Origin: a virus
Length of the DNA: 64,000 bases
Direction: 5' to 3' (one strand)
IMG/VR virus record: IMGVR_UViG_3300045988_121070
Shown one piece after another: positions 1 to 8,200 of the stretch. The notes under the pieces are model-generated. The model was not told the DNA's origin. It saw only the letters and a list, made by a program, of their open reading frames with translations, and made no database searches. The translations under genes and the position numbers were made by a program. Position 1 is the stretch's first letter. Every line of letters starts with the position of its first letter.

Positions 1-32
1 GAGAAAAATAGTGTAATGAGTTAGAGAAAAAT

Positions 33-83
33 GGTATAGAGAGGTATAGAAAGGTATAGAAATGCGGTGTAGAAAGGTATAGA
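33..83. repeat. GGTATAGA-type octamer array (5 copies)
   Basis: ggtataga at 33, 43, 53 and 76, and ggtgtaga at 66. The first three are exactly 10 bp apart. Confidence 0.7.
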
Positions 84-97
84 GCGGTGATTTCGTT

Positions 98-150
98 CGA
101 CATGGCGGGTGTTTTGTGCGACATGGCAGGTGTTTTGTGCGGCATGGCGG
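98..150. repeat. Tandem 21-bp direct repeat CGACATGGCRGGTGTTTTGTG, about 2.5 copies
   Basis: 98-118 and 119-139 differ at one base. 140-150 is a partial third copy. Confidence 0.8.
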
Positions 151-157
151 AGATTAG

Positions 158-172
158 GGCGATAGAATCGCC
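158..172. promoter_or_regulatory. PAL-B palindrome GGCGAT-N3-ATCGCC
   Basis: ggcgatagaatcgcc followed by ttgcaaatgacgaaacaaag. Same module as 11 other copies. Confidence 0.6.
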
Positions 173-193
173 TTGCAAATGACGAAACAAAGA

Positions 194-213
194 CCCCACC
201 GATTTCGGTGGGG
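194..213 (-). repeat. GC hairpin family copy
   Basis: ccccaccgatttcggtgggg followed by agtaggggtta, just 3' of CDS 222..749. Confidence 0.6.
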
Positions 214-221
214 AGTAGGGG

Positions 222-749
222 TTATAGAATTTTCTTATTTTTGCGGCTGTATTCGAGCCATTTGAGTGAGGGGAAGTAGGTCGAGAGGTTGTCTTTGGTG
301 ACGGGAACTGTTATCCACTCATCGGTGCCCATATACATGACTTGTATCTGGAACGGAAAGGCTGTGAGGTCTTTGCTTGGGTTGGTGATTACACCACTGA
401 CCCATGGAGAGTAAGACTTGCCAGCGGTGAAAGGACCTGTGCATTCCATCCGTTTGGGTTTGATGAACTCCGTTGTATCGTTTTTGATAGCCTGAGTGTA
501 GCCAGAGATAACATCGCCAACGGCATTGACGATGTAGTAGTCCACGAGGATATATTTCAGGTCGCGGTCTGCAGTCACCTTGAATTTGGTATTGAGCATC
601 TTACGGCCAGGGAAAGCACCGAAAGGTTCATCCTTGCTCAGTTTGAACTTCGAGAACTCCACTTGGGCGTAGGCAGACTGCGGAAAGGCTGCTGTGACGC
701 AGCAGCATACCAAACAAGAAAGGAGGAGGGAAAATAATTGCTTTTTCAT
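222..749 (-). CDS. Exported or lipoprotein-like hypothetical protein
   Basis: 175 aa ORF with an N-terminal signal-like segment MKKQLFSLLLSCLVCCCVTAAFPQSAYA. Confidence 0.6.
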   Translation of the reverse strand: MKKQLFSLLLSCLVCCCVTAAFPQSAYAQVEFSKFKLSKDEPFGAFPGRKMLNTKFKVTADRDLKYILVDYYIVNAVGDVISGYTQAIKNDTTEFIKPKRMECTGPFTAGKSYSPWVSGVITNPSKDLTAFPFQIQVMYMGTDEWITVPVTKDNLSTYFPSLKWLEYSRKNKKIL

Positions 750-769
750 TGTTTGATGAATTTATGAAA

Positions 770-1078
770 TTATGATTTGGTGAAGATGGAGAGGGAGGCG
801 GAGAGGACGGTGCCACAATGGGGGCAGGTGAGGAGGGCGGAAGCACGAGGTCCGTCTTTCTCAGTTGAGAGTTGTTCCTGTTCCTCTTCGACTGGGTAGA
901 AGAGGTCGCGCACGTCGCATTCAAGTGCATCTGCAATCTGATAGAGGCTCTTGACGGTAGGGTTGCCGGTGACATAAGCGCTGACAGTCTGCGGTGTCAG
1001 TCCGATGCGCTCTGCTACGGTCTTTGAGGTCACGCCGTGCTCTGCAAAAGCACGATTGAGGTCTAATTTTGAGGTCAT
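770..1078 (-). CDS. XRE/Cro-CI family helix-turn-helix regulator
   Basis: From ATG 1078: MTSKLDLNRAFAEHGVTSKTVAERIGLTPQTVSAYVTGNPTVKSLYQIADALECDVRDLF, a typical HTH_3 pattern. C-terminal CPHCG. The track start at 1204 looks like an over-extension. Confidence 0.7.
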   Translation of the reverse strand: MTSKLDLNRAFAEHGVTSKTVAERIGLTPQTVSAYVTGNPTVKSLYQIADALECDVRDLFYPVEEEQEQLSTEKDGPRASALLTCPHCGTVLSASLSIFTKS

Positions 1079-1247
1079 AATCTTATTATATTTTGTTATT
1101 ATGGGTGCATAAGATAAGGATATATTTTGATATTTGCAAGAAAATGGGGGATTTTTTAGGAGAAAGAGGGCGAAAAAGGGGAAACGGCGATGGGTGGCAA
1201 ACAAAAAAAGGGGAAAAATTTGTCACGGGGGAATTGGGGAGAATGCG

Positions 1248-1255
1248 TAACTTTG
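1248..1255 (+). promoter_or_regulatory. Bacteroidota-type -7 box TAACTTTG
   Basis: Matches TAnnTTTG, 62 nt upstream of ATG 1317, in the divergent region between the HTH gene and the plus-strand genes. Confidence 0.45.
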
Positions 1256-1316
1256 CGGTGAGATAAAAAAATAGAAATTCCCGACAAAAGGAGGAATAAA
1301 CCAAAAAGGAAAAGGT

Positions 1317-1631
1317 ATGGCAAAGACACAGCCGAGTGAGCACTGGCAGAAGGTGCGCATGTTTGCCGAGAAATGGCAATGGCAGGATAAGCGCACGGGA
1401 CTGATGACGGTGGGGTACAATCCGCCACCTGGTGTGCAGAAGTTATCCAGGGTGCCTTTTTTCGTGCGTTACGTGACGAAGAAAGGGCGTTTGGAGAGTG
1501 GGATGGTTATCTCGTTGGAGGTGGACCGTCGCAAGCATTTGCGCCGAATAATGTTCGTGAACTCTGGAGAGATACGTTTCATTTGGGATTTCCTTATTGT
1601 GGATATCGACGGAACGAGGATTTACGGATAG
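1317..1631 (+). CDS. Hypothetical protein
   Basis: 104 aa ORF, one of only two convincing plus-strand genes, divergent from the HTH gene. Confidence 0.45.
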   Translation: MAKTQPSEHWQKVRMFAEKWQWQDKRTGLMTVGYNPPPGVQKLSRVPFFVRYVTKKGRLESGMVISLEVDRRKHLRRIMFVNSGEIRFIWDFLIVDIDGTRIYG

Positions 1632-1699
1632 AGGCCCAGCGCTAAAGCGCAGGGAACGGGACGAAGAAGAAGTATTATTAACCCTAAAATAGAGAATTT

Positions 1700-2269
1700 A
1701 TGTTCGGATTTTGGAAAAGGTGGCGTGAGAAGAGAGCCGCTAAGAAGAAGCGTAAGGACATGGTGCAGACCAGTCGAGTGTTTGGGTATTTAGAGCAGCT
1801 GTTTATGTCGAACATGCTGATATGGAATGCCCGTGAACGTCGTTTGTTTATTGCCGAGCCATTGGCTGTAGTATTCATCGGTCAGGGCTGGGAGCGTTGG
1901 CGTAACTTCCTGAATAATGCCTACCTTTATATGGTGTGGAAGTTACAGAACGAGAAGTGGGAGGAACATGCCCGTGAGTTGGAACAGGCAGCTATCCGTG
2001 AGCGCAAGGCTCAGGTGGTAGTATTGCCAAAAGCAGAAGCAGAGCGCATCCGTCGTGCTGTCCGTGCAGGGTTGCAGCCTGGTGCCGTGCAGTTGCCACC
2101 TATTGAGTCATTTGAGTTCTTTGTGTTGGCTGATCGTGCCGATGATGAGCACCGTGAGGCGATAGCCTATGTCGGTGAGTATGACCCTGACACGCGCAAG
2201 TTGGAAATGGTGGCATGGGAAGAGGTTAAGGATGCCGTGGCCAACATTCAGAAGAAAGACGGCGATTAA
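1700..2269 (+). CDS. Hypothetical protein
   Basis: 189 aa ORF. Its stop codon lies inside PAL-B 2261-2275 and is followed by a hairpin plus T-run. Confidence 0.55.
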   Translation: MFGFWKRWREKRAAKKKRKDMVQTSRVFGYLEQLFMSNMLIWNARERRLFIAEPLAVVFIGQGWERWRNFLNNAYLYMVWKLQNEKWEEHARELEQAAIRERKAQVVVLPKAEAERIRRAVRAGLQPGAVQLPPIESFEFFVLADRADDEHREAIAYVGEYDPDTRKLEMVAWEEVKDAVANIQKKDGD

Positions 2270-2275
2270 ATCGCC
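2261..2275. promoter_or_regulatory. PAL-B palindrome
   Basis: ggcgattaaatcgcc followed by ttgcaataaacaaaacaaag. Confidence 0.6.
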
Positions 2276-2295
2276 TTGCAATAAACAAAACAAAG

Positions 2296-2326
2296 GCCCC
2301 ACCGAGAACGGCGGGGCTTTTCTTTT
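2296..2326. terminator. Bidirectional intrinsic terminator between convergent genes
   Basis: gccccaccgagaacggcggggc followed by ttttctttt on plus. The minus-strand side is followed by ctttgttttgttt. Confidence 0.7.
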
Positions 2327-2879
2327 AGGCGGATTTCTTAGGCGCTTTTTTGGCGGCCTTTTTCTTTTTGGCATCAGCGACACGGATGCGGGCATTGATG
2401 GTGTCGGTGAGTTGGCTGATGCGGTCGGGGTCTTTGCCGAAGTAGGCTGTGTAGGAGCAGATGCCTGGTGTGACGGCTGAGAAGAGCGGGCCATTGACGA
2501 TGACGTTGCTCTGTTCGCCTTTGATGACCAGCAAACCGTAGTTGTCTGGGATGTCGGCACTATCTACGATGGTCAGTGTCAGTTCCTTGGGCAGTTCGTT
2601 GCGGATGAGTTCGCTTTGATCTGTTGCCGTGAGGATGGTAAGAGACTTCAGCCAGCCGCGTTTGTGGTACCACGCAAAGATGCGTAGGATAATCACGTCG
2701 ATAGCAAGCAGGCAGATGGTGATGTCGAGGTTGTTGCCGGCGAGGTAGCTCACAGCCTTCAGGATTTTCTCTACTGTCACATCGCCATTCGTCTGGAATG
2801 GCATCCACTCATATTTCTTCAGCAGTTGTGGCAGTGTGCGCTCGATGCAGCACGGTTCTTGGTAGTTGAATTTTTCCAT
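2325..2879 (-). CDS. Hypothetical protein with basic Lys/Ala C-terminal tail
   Basis: 184 aa ORF ending ADAKKKKAAKKAPKKSA. Confidence 0.6.
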   Translation of the reverse strand: MEKFNYQEPCCIERTLPQLLKKYEWMPFQTNGDVTVEKILKAVSYLAGNNLDITICLLAIDVIILRIFAWYHKRGWLKSLTILTATDQSELIRNELPKELTLTIVDSADIPDNYGLLVIKGEQSNVIVNGPLFSAVTPGICSYTAYFGKDPDRISQLTDTINARIRVADAKKKKAAKKAPKKSA

Positions 2880-2881
2880 AA

Positions 2882-3445
2882 CTATTCGTTTTTATATTTT
2901 TCGCGATTGACGCACAGTTGTCGTGGTGCGTTCTGTTCGATGTTAAGACCCATGACATGCCATTCGGCGTATTTTACGGGTGCGGAAGCCCATTCCGCGC
3001 TATCCAGTTGCAGACCAGCCAGCGCATCCATTGTCGGGCGGTCGTATGTAGTGCCGGTGATAGGGCATTTACCTGTACGTTTCAGTTCGCGGAGGTAAGA
3101 GAGCAGATCCTGGACGTAATCATCCATTGTCATCTGTACGTCAGCACCCAGTTCGTCATCCTGACGAGCCGATTTAGCCAGAGAGAACGATTTGGCACGT
3201 ATGAGGAAGTAGATAGCATGAGCATAGTTGACGACGTGGCTATTGGTGCCCTGTGCGTCAATCAGGATGGAGTACGCCATACATGGTGACTTTGCCGTGT
3301 TCTGGTTGCGCATGAATCCTGAGTTATCGTTGATGGTGCGGATTTCGTAGTATGCCTTATCCTTAGACCCCTTTTTAGGGTCGTGGCTGATAGGCTCATA
3401 GAGTTCTGCCCATTTTTCGAGTATTGCGCTGATGTTTGCTTTCAT
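2882..3445 (-). CDS. Hypothetical protein
   Basis: 187 aa ORF, tightly packed with its neighbours. Confidence 0.6.
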   Translation of the reverse strand: MKANISAILEKWAELYEPISHDPKKGSKDKAYYEIRTINDNSGFMRNQNTAKSPCMAYSILIDAQGTNSHVVNYAHAIYFLIRAKSFSLAKSARQDDELGADVQMTMDDYVQDLLSYLRELKRTGKCPITGTTYDRPTMDALAGLQLDSAEWASAPVKYAEWHVMGLNIEQNAPRQLCVNREKYKNE

Positions 3446-3462
3446 ACCTTATTATTTTAGGA

Positions 3463-3984
3463 CTATTCTTTGGGTTTGTGGATCATGTCTTCAAATTCCT
3501 TTTCGTCGATGTCGATATGGCGAGAAACCTTTGATGTAACAATCTTCTGTACGGCTCTTGCCCATGCAGCACCGTTGCATGAAGACTCGTTTTCGAGGAT
3601 AGACACCACTGTGCAGAGGACAAAGATAGCAGCTACATACTGTCCGAGGTGCAATCCTCCGAGGTGTCCGAGCAGTTGTTTATCAACACCCTCTGCCAGC
3701 AGTATGCAAAGCCATACGATAGCCAGGTCAGAGATCATCTTTGTCATGTGTGAGGACTTTAACTTACCATCGGCACCCGCATTCGGGTATTTCGCTTTTA
3801 TGCGGCGGTTTAAGCGCCATGCCGTGAGGCAGTCGATAAGTACAGCAAACGCACACATAGCGTGATAGGGTAGCGTTGGTTCCAACCACGTCCATAAAAT
3901 TCCCAGTCCGACTGCTATCAGTCGCGGTACTGAGCTGAAGAAGCTCTGAAAGAAGGTGTAGATACTATTCATTTTTTTTACCAT
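3463..3984 (-). CDS. Holin-like membrane protein
   Basis: Several hydrophobic segments and VSILENESS, which resembles the ILEN motif of the phage holin_4 family. ATG 3984 was chosen because the track start at 4020 overlaps the upstream gene. Confidence 0.5.
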   Translation of the reverse strand: MVKKMNSIYTFFQSFFSSVPRLIAVGLGILWTWLEPTLPYHAMCAFAVLIDCLTAWRLNRRIKAKYPNAGADGKLKSSHMTKMISDLAIVWLCILLAEGVDKQLLGHLGGLHLGQYVAAIFVLCTVVSILENESSCNGAAWARAVQKIVTSKVSRHIDIDEKEFEDMIHKPKE

Positions 3985-3988
3985 GTTT

Positions 3989-5026
3989 TTATATTGCGAG
4001 AGCAGCGAGTGGGCTGCCATTGATATCGAGTTGTACGGAGAACTCCACCTGCATGAAGTTTCCGCTTGTGCGGTCTATGCCATCCACCGTCTCATCAGGA
4101 ATGATATGGCATCCTATCCAATGTCCGTTGATTTTTATCCAGGCGAACTTTGCCATAATGAACTCGTGCATAAACCACGAGTGCCATGCCTCGTCGAGTG
4201 GTCCGCTGCATAGTTTCCATGTCTCGTAGTCGTTTTTCTTCGTGACGAGACCGCGAGAGAACGAGTTGAATGTCTCTTGTATGGAGCGGATGAACGACTC
4301 CTGTGTGACATTCGTCTCAGAGGTACGCAGAGACTTCACGCTGATGCTTTCGAGGCATCCGAGTCCGTTGACAAAGCGGAACTCGTAGCGGTCTTTCTGT
4401 CCTGCAGGCAGTGCATACACCTGACGACCATTAACAGTCTGCAGTCCCTCGTTGACGATGTTCACCACCGACGATGTAGGGCCATTGACGATGTTTCCGC
4501 TGCTGATAGGTTCGGCATAAGACTGCGGGCATACCATGCTCTCTCCGACAGCCACCACCTCCGGCATTGTGTTCGGTTTGCGAGTGAAGTGCTGTGCCGA
4601 CTTGCTGCCAGAGGACAGCAGGCGTTCCATGTCTGAGTAAGCACCCATGATGCAATACTGGATGGTGTCAATCGTCACTACCCCCACGTTGTCGTGAACC
4701 TCTCCATTCTGCATATACTCATCGCAGGCCGACAGTTTGTAACCGATACGCGGGTAGTTGGCAGGTGGGTTTACCGTGTACTCATACTTATCCGCCACAG
4801 CACGTAGTGCGCTGCTGATGTCAAACGTCAGAATCTCCCCCGACTCAGCCGGAGAAGACAGCGTAAGGTCGGCAAAGTTGATATCGACCCCTTCGAGGAA
4901 TGCCGATACCGTCAGTTTGACGCGATGGAAAGCACAGTCGCCATTGATGATAGCCGCTGTCACCTGATAGGTGATAGGGCTTCCTACGAGCGGTGATGCG
5001 CCTCTGATGAGTAATCCTTGTGCCAT
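3989..5026 (-). CDS. Hypothetical virion-associated protein
   Basis: 345 aa ORF in the structural gene string. Confidence 0.55.
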   Translation of the reverse strand: MAQGLLIRGASPLVGSPITYQVTAAIINGDCAFHRVKLTVSAFLEGVDINFADLTLSSPAESGEILTFDISSALRAVADKYEYTVNPPANYPRIGYKLSACDEYMQNGEVHDNVGVVTIDTIQYCIMGAYSDMERLLSSGSKSAQHFTRKPNTMPEVVAVGESMVCPQSYAEPISSGNIVNGPTSSVVNIVNEGLQTVNGRQVYALPAGQKDRYEFRFVNGLGCLESISVKSLRTSETNVTQESFIRSIQETFNSFSRGLVTKKNDYETWKLCSGPLDEAWHSWFMHEFIMAKFAWIKINGHWIGCHIIPDETVDGIDRTSGNFMQVEFSVQLDINGSPLAALAI

Positions 5027-5047
5027 ATACTTAGTTGAGCGTTAGGA

Positions 5048-5069
5048 CCCAGCCGAGAGAACGGCTGGG
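5048..5069 (-). repeat. GC hairpin family copy
   Basis: cccagccgagagaacggctggg followed by cacgtt. Intergenic. Confidence 0.7.
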
Positions 5070-5077
5070 CACGTTAG

Positions 5078-6916
5078 CTATTTATTTTCTTCGTTGTTTT
5101 GAGTTGTCACACCTGACTTTGAGCGGTCGAGCGTTGTCATTACCTCCTTTTGTACCTGCCATACCAGGTGGCGGTCCCACTTGTTGAAGCGCGAAAGCAC
5201 TTCGAGCGGTTTGAGCATGATGTTGATCTGCGGTGATTTCAGGATCAAGCGAAGCAGGAAGCGTTCGCGGATGTCCGTACCACCGTTGCTACCTACGAGA
5301 GACAGCGGCGAAGAACCCAGCAGGCGACCATCAAGACCCAGAGCCATGAATACCACTGATGACAGTTCAGCCGTCTCTTTCTCGTTGGCTGCCACCACAT
5401 CCTTGCTGTTGCTTTCTATCTCCACAATCTCGAAGCTCTTATGCTCCTTACCGTCCGTTCCCATGAACGTGAATGCCAGCAGAGACTGTCCGGCATTGTT
5501 GCGGTTGGCGAGCCACTGGTTAATCTGGGTGTAGAGTTTATCGCGTATCTCAGCCTGTTTCTTAGCATCAGCCTGTGCCTTTTTAGCCACGAATAGCTGC
5601 TGCATGTAATCGTTATGCAGATAGATGACACGTCCGATGACATTGCTGTTACGCTTGCGAGAGAGGCGGTCTGAGAATATCGTTGTGATGTATTCGTAGA
5701 TATCGCCACCAAAGATAGAGTACCAAGCAGGAGTTGGGTAATATGGGCGACCAGCGGTAGGATAGACCGTCGGCAATACAAAGTGCGTCGGTCTGTTTTT
5801 GACAGATACATTCTTCTGGCGAGCCTCACGTACCTTCTCCTCCAGTGAAGCAAGAGGAGATGGCACATGGAGGGCAGGTATAGCATTGATAGGCGCGTTA
5901 TTCTCTCCACCCTGTTCGATGAAGTATTTATCAAGCCATCTTGTAGAGCAGTACACGAAGTTAATCTTACCCATTTCATCCATACGCTCCATGCGGGTCG
6001 TATGGCATGAACGGTGGGCGATACCCGTCACGCGAGGAGTCCAAGTCTTCGTTTCGACAGGATTTCCATTCTCGTCGAGGTCTTGCTGGTTCAGCAACAA
6101 TTCTGGGAACGAGATACCAAACAGTTCCTGATCGAGCACCAGCGAAAGCCATGTCTGAGCGATATTGTTATTATCGAGGAACTTCTGCACCTCCTCATCG
6201 GTAGTTTTCCATACCTTATGTGCCTCTTGTAATTCCTTTATCTGTTCGTTGATAGACTCCACAAGTGCATCGTACACCTCAGAATTTTTCGCACCACGTC
6301 CCGTTACAGAGCCAACAGCAGCACCCATGCCTTCGCCCGATGATGAATCATCAGGAGTGGTGGCTTTTTGTTCGAGGTTCAGCAGCTGTGTCTGCAGGTC
6401 GATGATACGTCCACGCAGCCATTGTCCCGCATCCTTATAGCGGATGAGCTTCTGTGTGATGTTACCACCCACATACTGTGTGCAGTCGTACATCGGTTGC
6501 GGTCCGAGTCCCGCACAGAGATCCGTATTGAATTTGATACCTGCAGCCGTATAGGGCAGCATGTGTGTGAGCAGTGCCACGATGTTAGGCAGGTTGTTAC
6601 CATAGCCCCATTCTATCCATCCCAGGTTAGGCGTACCAATCTTATCCACTCCCTGTTGGCTTTCGTTTCCTGACGAAAAATAGAGCGTAGGTATAGACTT
6701 ACGCTGAGACTTACCATTCTCTGTGGCACCGGCGCGAAGCTGTGAGCCGATGAAGTCGCCCCATGTGATGTCGCTTGGTCCATCCAGATTATAATAGGAG
6801 CGGTCGCCAGGCAGGAGTACCGAGTAGTTACGGCGATGCAGGTCAGCAGCCTTTTTGATGAAGTTGCTGGCCTTTACGCGGGTGACGGGAGCAGAAGACT
6901 TTTTTGCCATATTCAT
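5078..6916 (-). CDS. Putative portal protein
   Basis: 612 aa. The size and the C-terminal segment ...LVGSNGGTDIRERFLLRLIL... resemble portal proteins. This is recollection only. Confidence 0.45.
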   Translation of the reverse strand: MNMAKKSSAPVTRVKASNFIKKAADLHRRNYSVLLPGDRSYYNLDGPSDITWGDFIGSQLRAGATENGKSQRKSIPTLYFSSGNESQQGVDKIGTPNLGWIEWGYGNNLPNIVALLTHMLPYTAAGIKFNTDLCAGLGPQPMYDCTQYVGGNITQKLIRYKDAGQWLRGRIIDLQTQLLNLEQKATTPDDSSSGEGMGAAVGSVTGRGAKNSEVYDALVESINEQIKELQEAHKVWKTTDEEVQKFLDNNNIAQTWLSLVLDQELFGISFPELLLNQQDLDENGNPVETKTWTPRVTGIAHRSCHTTRMERMDEMGKINFVYCSTRWLDKYFIEQGGENNAPINAIPALHVPSPLASLEEKVREARQKNVSVKNRPTHFVLPTVYPTAGRPYYPTPAWYSIFGGDIYEYITTIFSDRLSRKRNSNVIGRVIYLHNDYMQQLFVAKKAQADAKKQAEIRDKLYTQINQWLANRNNAGQSLLAFTFMGTDGKEHKSFEIVEIESNSKDVVAANEKETAELSSVVFMALGLDGRLLGSSPLSLVGSNGGTDIRERFLLRLILKSPQINIMLKPLEVLSRFNKWDRHLVWQVQKEVMTTLDRSKSGVTTQNNEENK

Positions 6917-6929
6917 TTCTTTTTTTGTG

Positions 6930-6957
6930 GCTGCGATAGTATCGCAGCATACGGAAC
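6930..6957 (-). promoter_or_regulatory. PAL-A palindrome GCTGCGATAGTATCGCAGC plus ATACGGAAC tail, in a 5' leader
   Basis: Perfect 19-bp palindrome between the -7 box at 6970 and ATG 6916. Confidence 0.65.
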
Positions 6958-6969
6958 TTTTTTATAGTG

Positions 6970-7006
6970 CAAAGATACAGATAGACACTGACGAGGACGG
7001 GACAAA
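6970..7006 (-). promoter_or_regulatory. Promoter module: -7 box TATCTTTG plus upstream box TTTGTCCCGTCCTCGTCA
   Basis: Minus-strand TATCTTTG matches TAnnTTTG. The same two-box module occurs at 15441, 28800 and 58951. Confidence 0.55.
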
Positions 7007-8152
7007 CTACTTTTTGTGGGACTGGGAGCGCATCTTACGGTTCAGAGCCTCTGTTTCCTCGTTGCGTCGAGTAATGTCTTCGAGTTGCTGGAGAATGGTA
7101 GAGTACGGTTCGCGTTCGATGTCCGTTGCCGTAGAGTGGAGGTACTTCTCCAGTGTTGCCGTTGTGCGGGCGTAGAGTAAGAGCGGGTTGACAGGTTTTT
7201 TGCTGCCTTTCACTTTCTGTACTTTGAAAACCTTTGGGTAAGTCTGATGCAAGTAGTGCATCATGCCCTGCCACCATAAGCATACCAGTTGCCAGTCTTT
7301 GTCGTCGAAGTTACGGAAGTACGGGCTATTATCCGAATGCTGGTTAGACTGATAGTGATAGTCCGTGATGGTCTGTCCCGTCTCTTCGTTGACGAAAGTT
7401 ATCTTACGGTTAAAGATAGTTGCCAGAAAGAGCGCCTTAGACAGATCCATGGCCTTTGTTGCCTTCAGGATGTCGGTAGCAGCCACTTTTCCTGACTGTC
7501 TCAGTTCGAGGAAGTGGTTTTGCTGTTCGATGAACATCTGCATATAGTCCTGAGCGAAGCGGTAGCGTCGCCATGAGAAGCCATCCATGAACGTGTTAGG
7601 ACCTTGGAATGTGACCCCGCTGGAGAAGCAGCGGGCACAGCGGCGGAAGAATCCACCAGAACGATGTCTTTTTACCGACGGAAACGGGAAGCGTTGGAGG
7701 AAGCTCTTGCTGTCACTATTCATCCAGTCGAGCATACCAGGAATGATACGCCCTGTGGCGAGGTCTTTATGCGGAGTGAGCCAATAATTGATTTGCCAGA
7801 TATAGAGCGAAAACGTATCGTCATGGCCGAGAATGGTACGGCGGAACCATGCACAGAAGCTGCGATAGTATCGCAGCATACGGAACCAGCGACTATATTC
7901 TTCATCGATAGTCCAGGGACGTAGGCGGCAGGTGTAGTATTGTTCTTCGACCGGCACACGCGGGTTTATTGGTTCCAGCACTTTGATATTGGTAAGACGC
8001 AGGAGCACCCCCACCTTTACCTCCATCATGTCGAACGGATGAAAGCGGTCTATCCGTGCCGAGCAATCCGTCAGCACGTCAGCGATAGCACGTAGGACAG
8101 GTAATGAACACTGGTTCCATGAGCGAGGCAGAGACAATTCAATTTTAGGCAT
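7007..8152 (-). CDS. Hypothetical protein containing an in-frame PAL-A copy
   Basis: 381 aa ORF. PAL-A at 7859-7886 is translated as RWFRMLRYYRSF. Confidence 0.6.
   Translation of the reverse strand: MPKIELSLPRSWNQCSLPVLRAIADVLTDCSARIDRFHPFDMMEVKVGVLLRLTNIKVLEPINPRVPVEEQYYTCRLRPWTIDEEYSRWFRMLRYYRSFCAWFRRTILGHDDTFSLYIWQINYWLTPHKDLATGRIIPGMLDWMNSDSKSFLQRFPFPSVKRHRSGGFFRRCARCFSSGVTFQGPNTFMDGFSWRRYRFAQDYMQMFIEQQNHFLELRQSGKVAATDILKATKAMDLSKALFLATIFNRKITFVNEETGQTITDYHYQSNQHSDNSPYFRNFDDKDWQLVCLWWQGMMHYLHQTYPKVFKVQKVKGSKKPVNPLLLYARTTATLEKYLHSTATDIEREPYSTILQQLEDITRRNEETEALNRKMRSQSHKK
7859..7886 (-). repeat. PAL-A copy inside a coding region
   Basis: gctgcgatagtatcgcagcatacggaac, identical to the copy at 6930. 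Confidence 0.7.
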
Positions 8153-8171
8153 TTTATATACGTTTTAGAGA

Positions 8172-8192
8172 CCCGCTGACGGAATCAGCGGG
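8172..8192 (-). repeat. GC hairpin family copy
   Basis: cccgctgacggaatcagcggg followed by cactgtg. Confidence 0.65.
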
Positions 8193-8200
8193 CACTGTGA

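Noticed and set aside
6970-7006. Calling the upstream TTTG of the promoter modules a bona fide -33 element.
   Set aside because: The spacing to the -7 box is 25 nt in all copies I counted, which is longer than the roughly 20 nt I remember for Bacteroides promoters. I report it only as a conserved upstream box.
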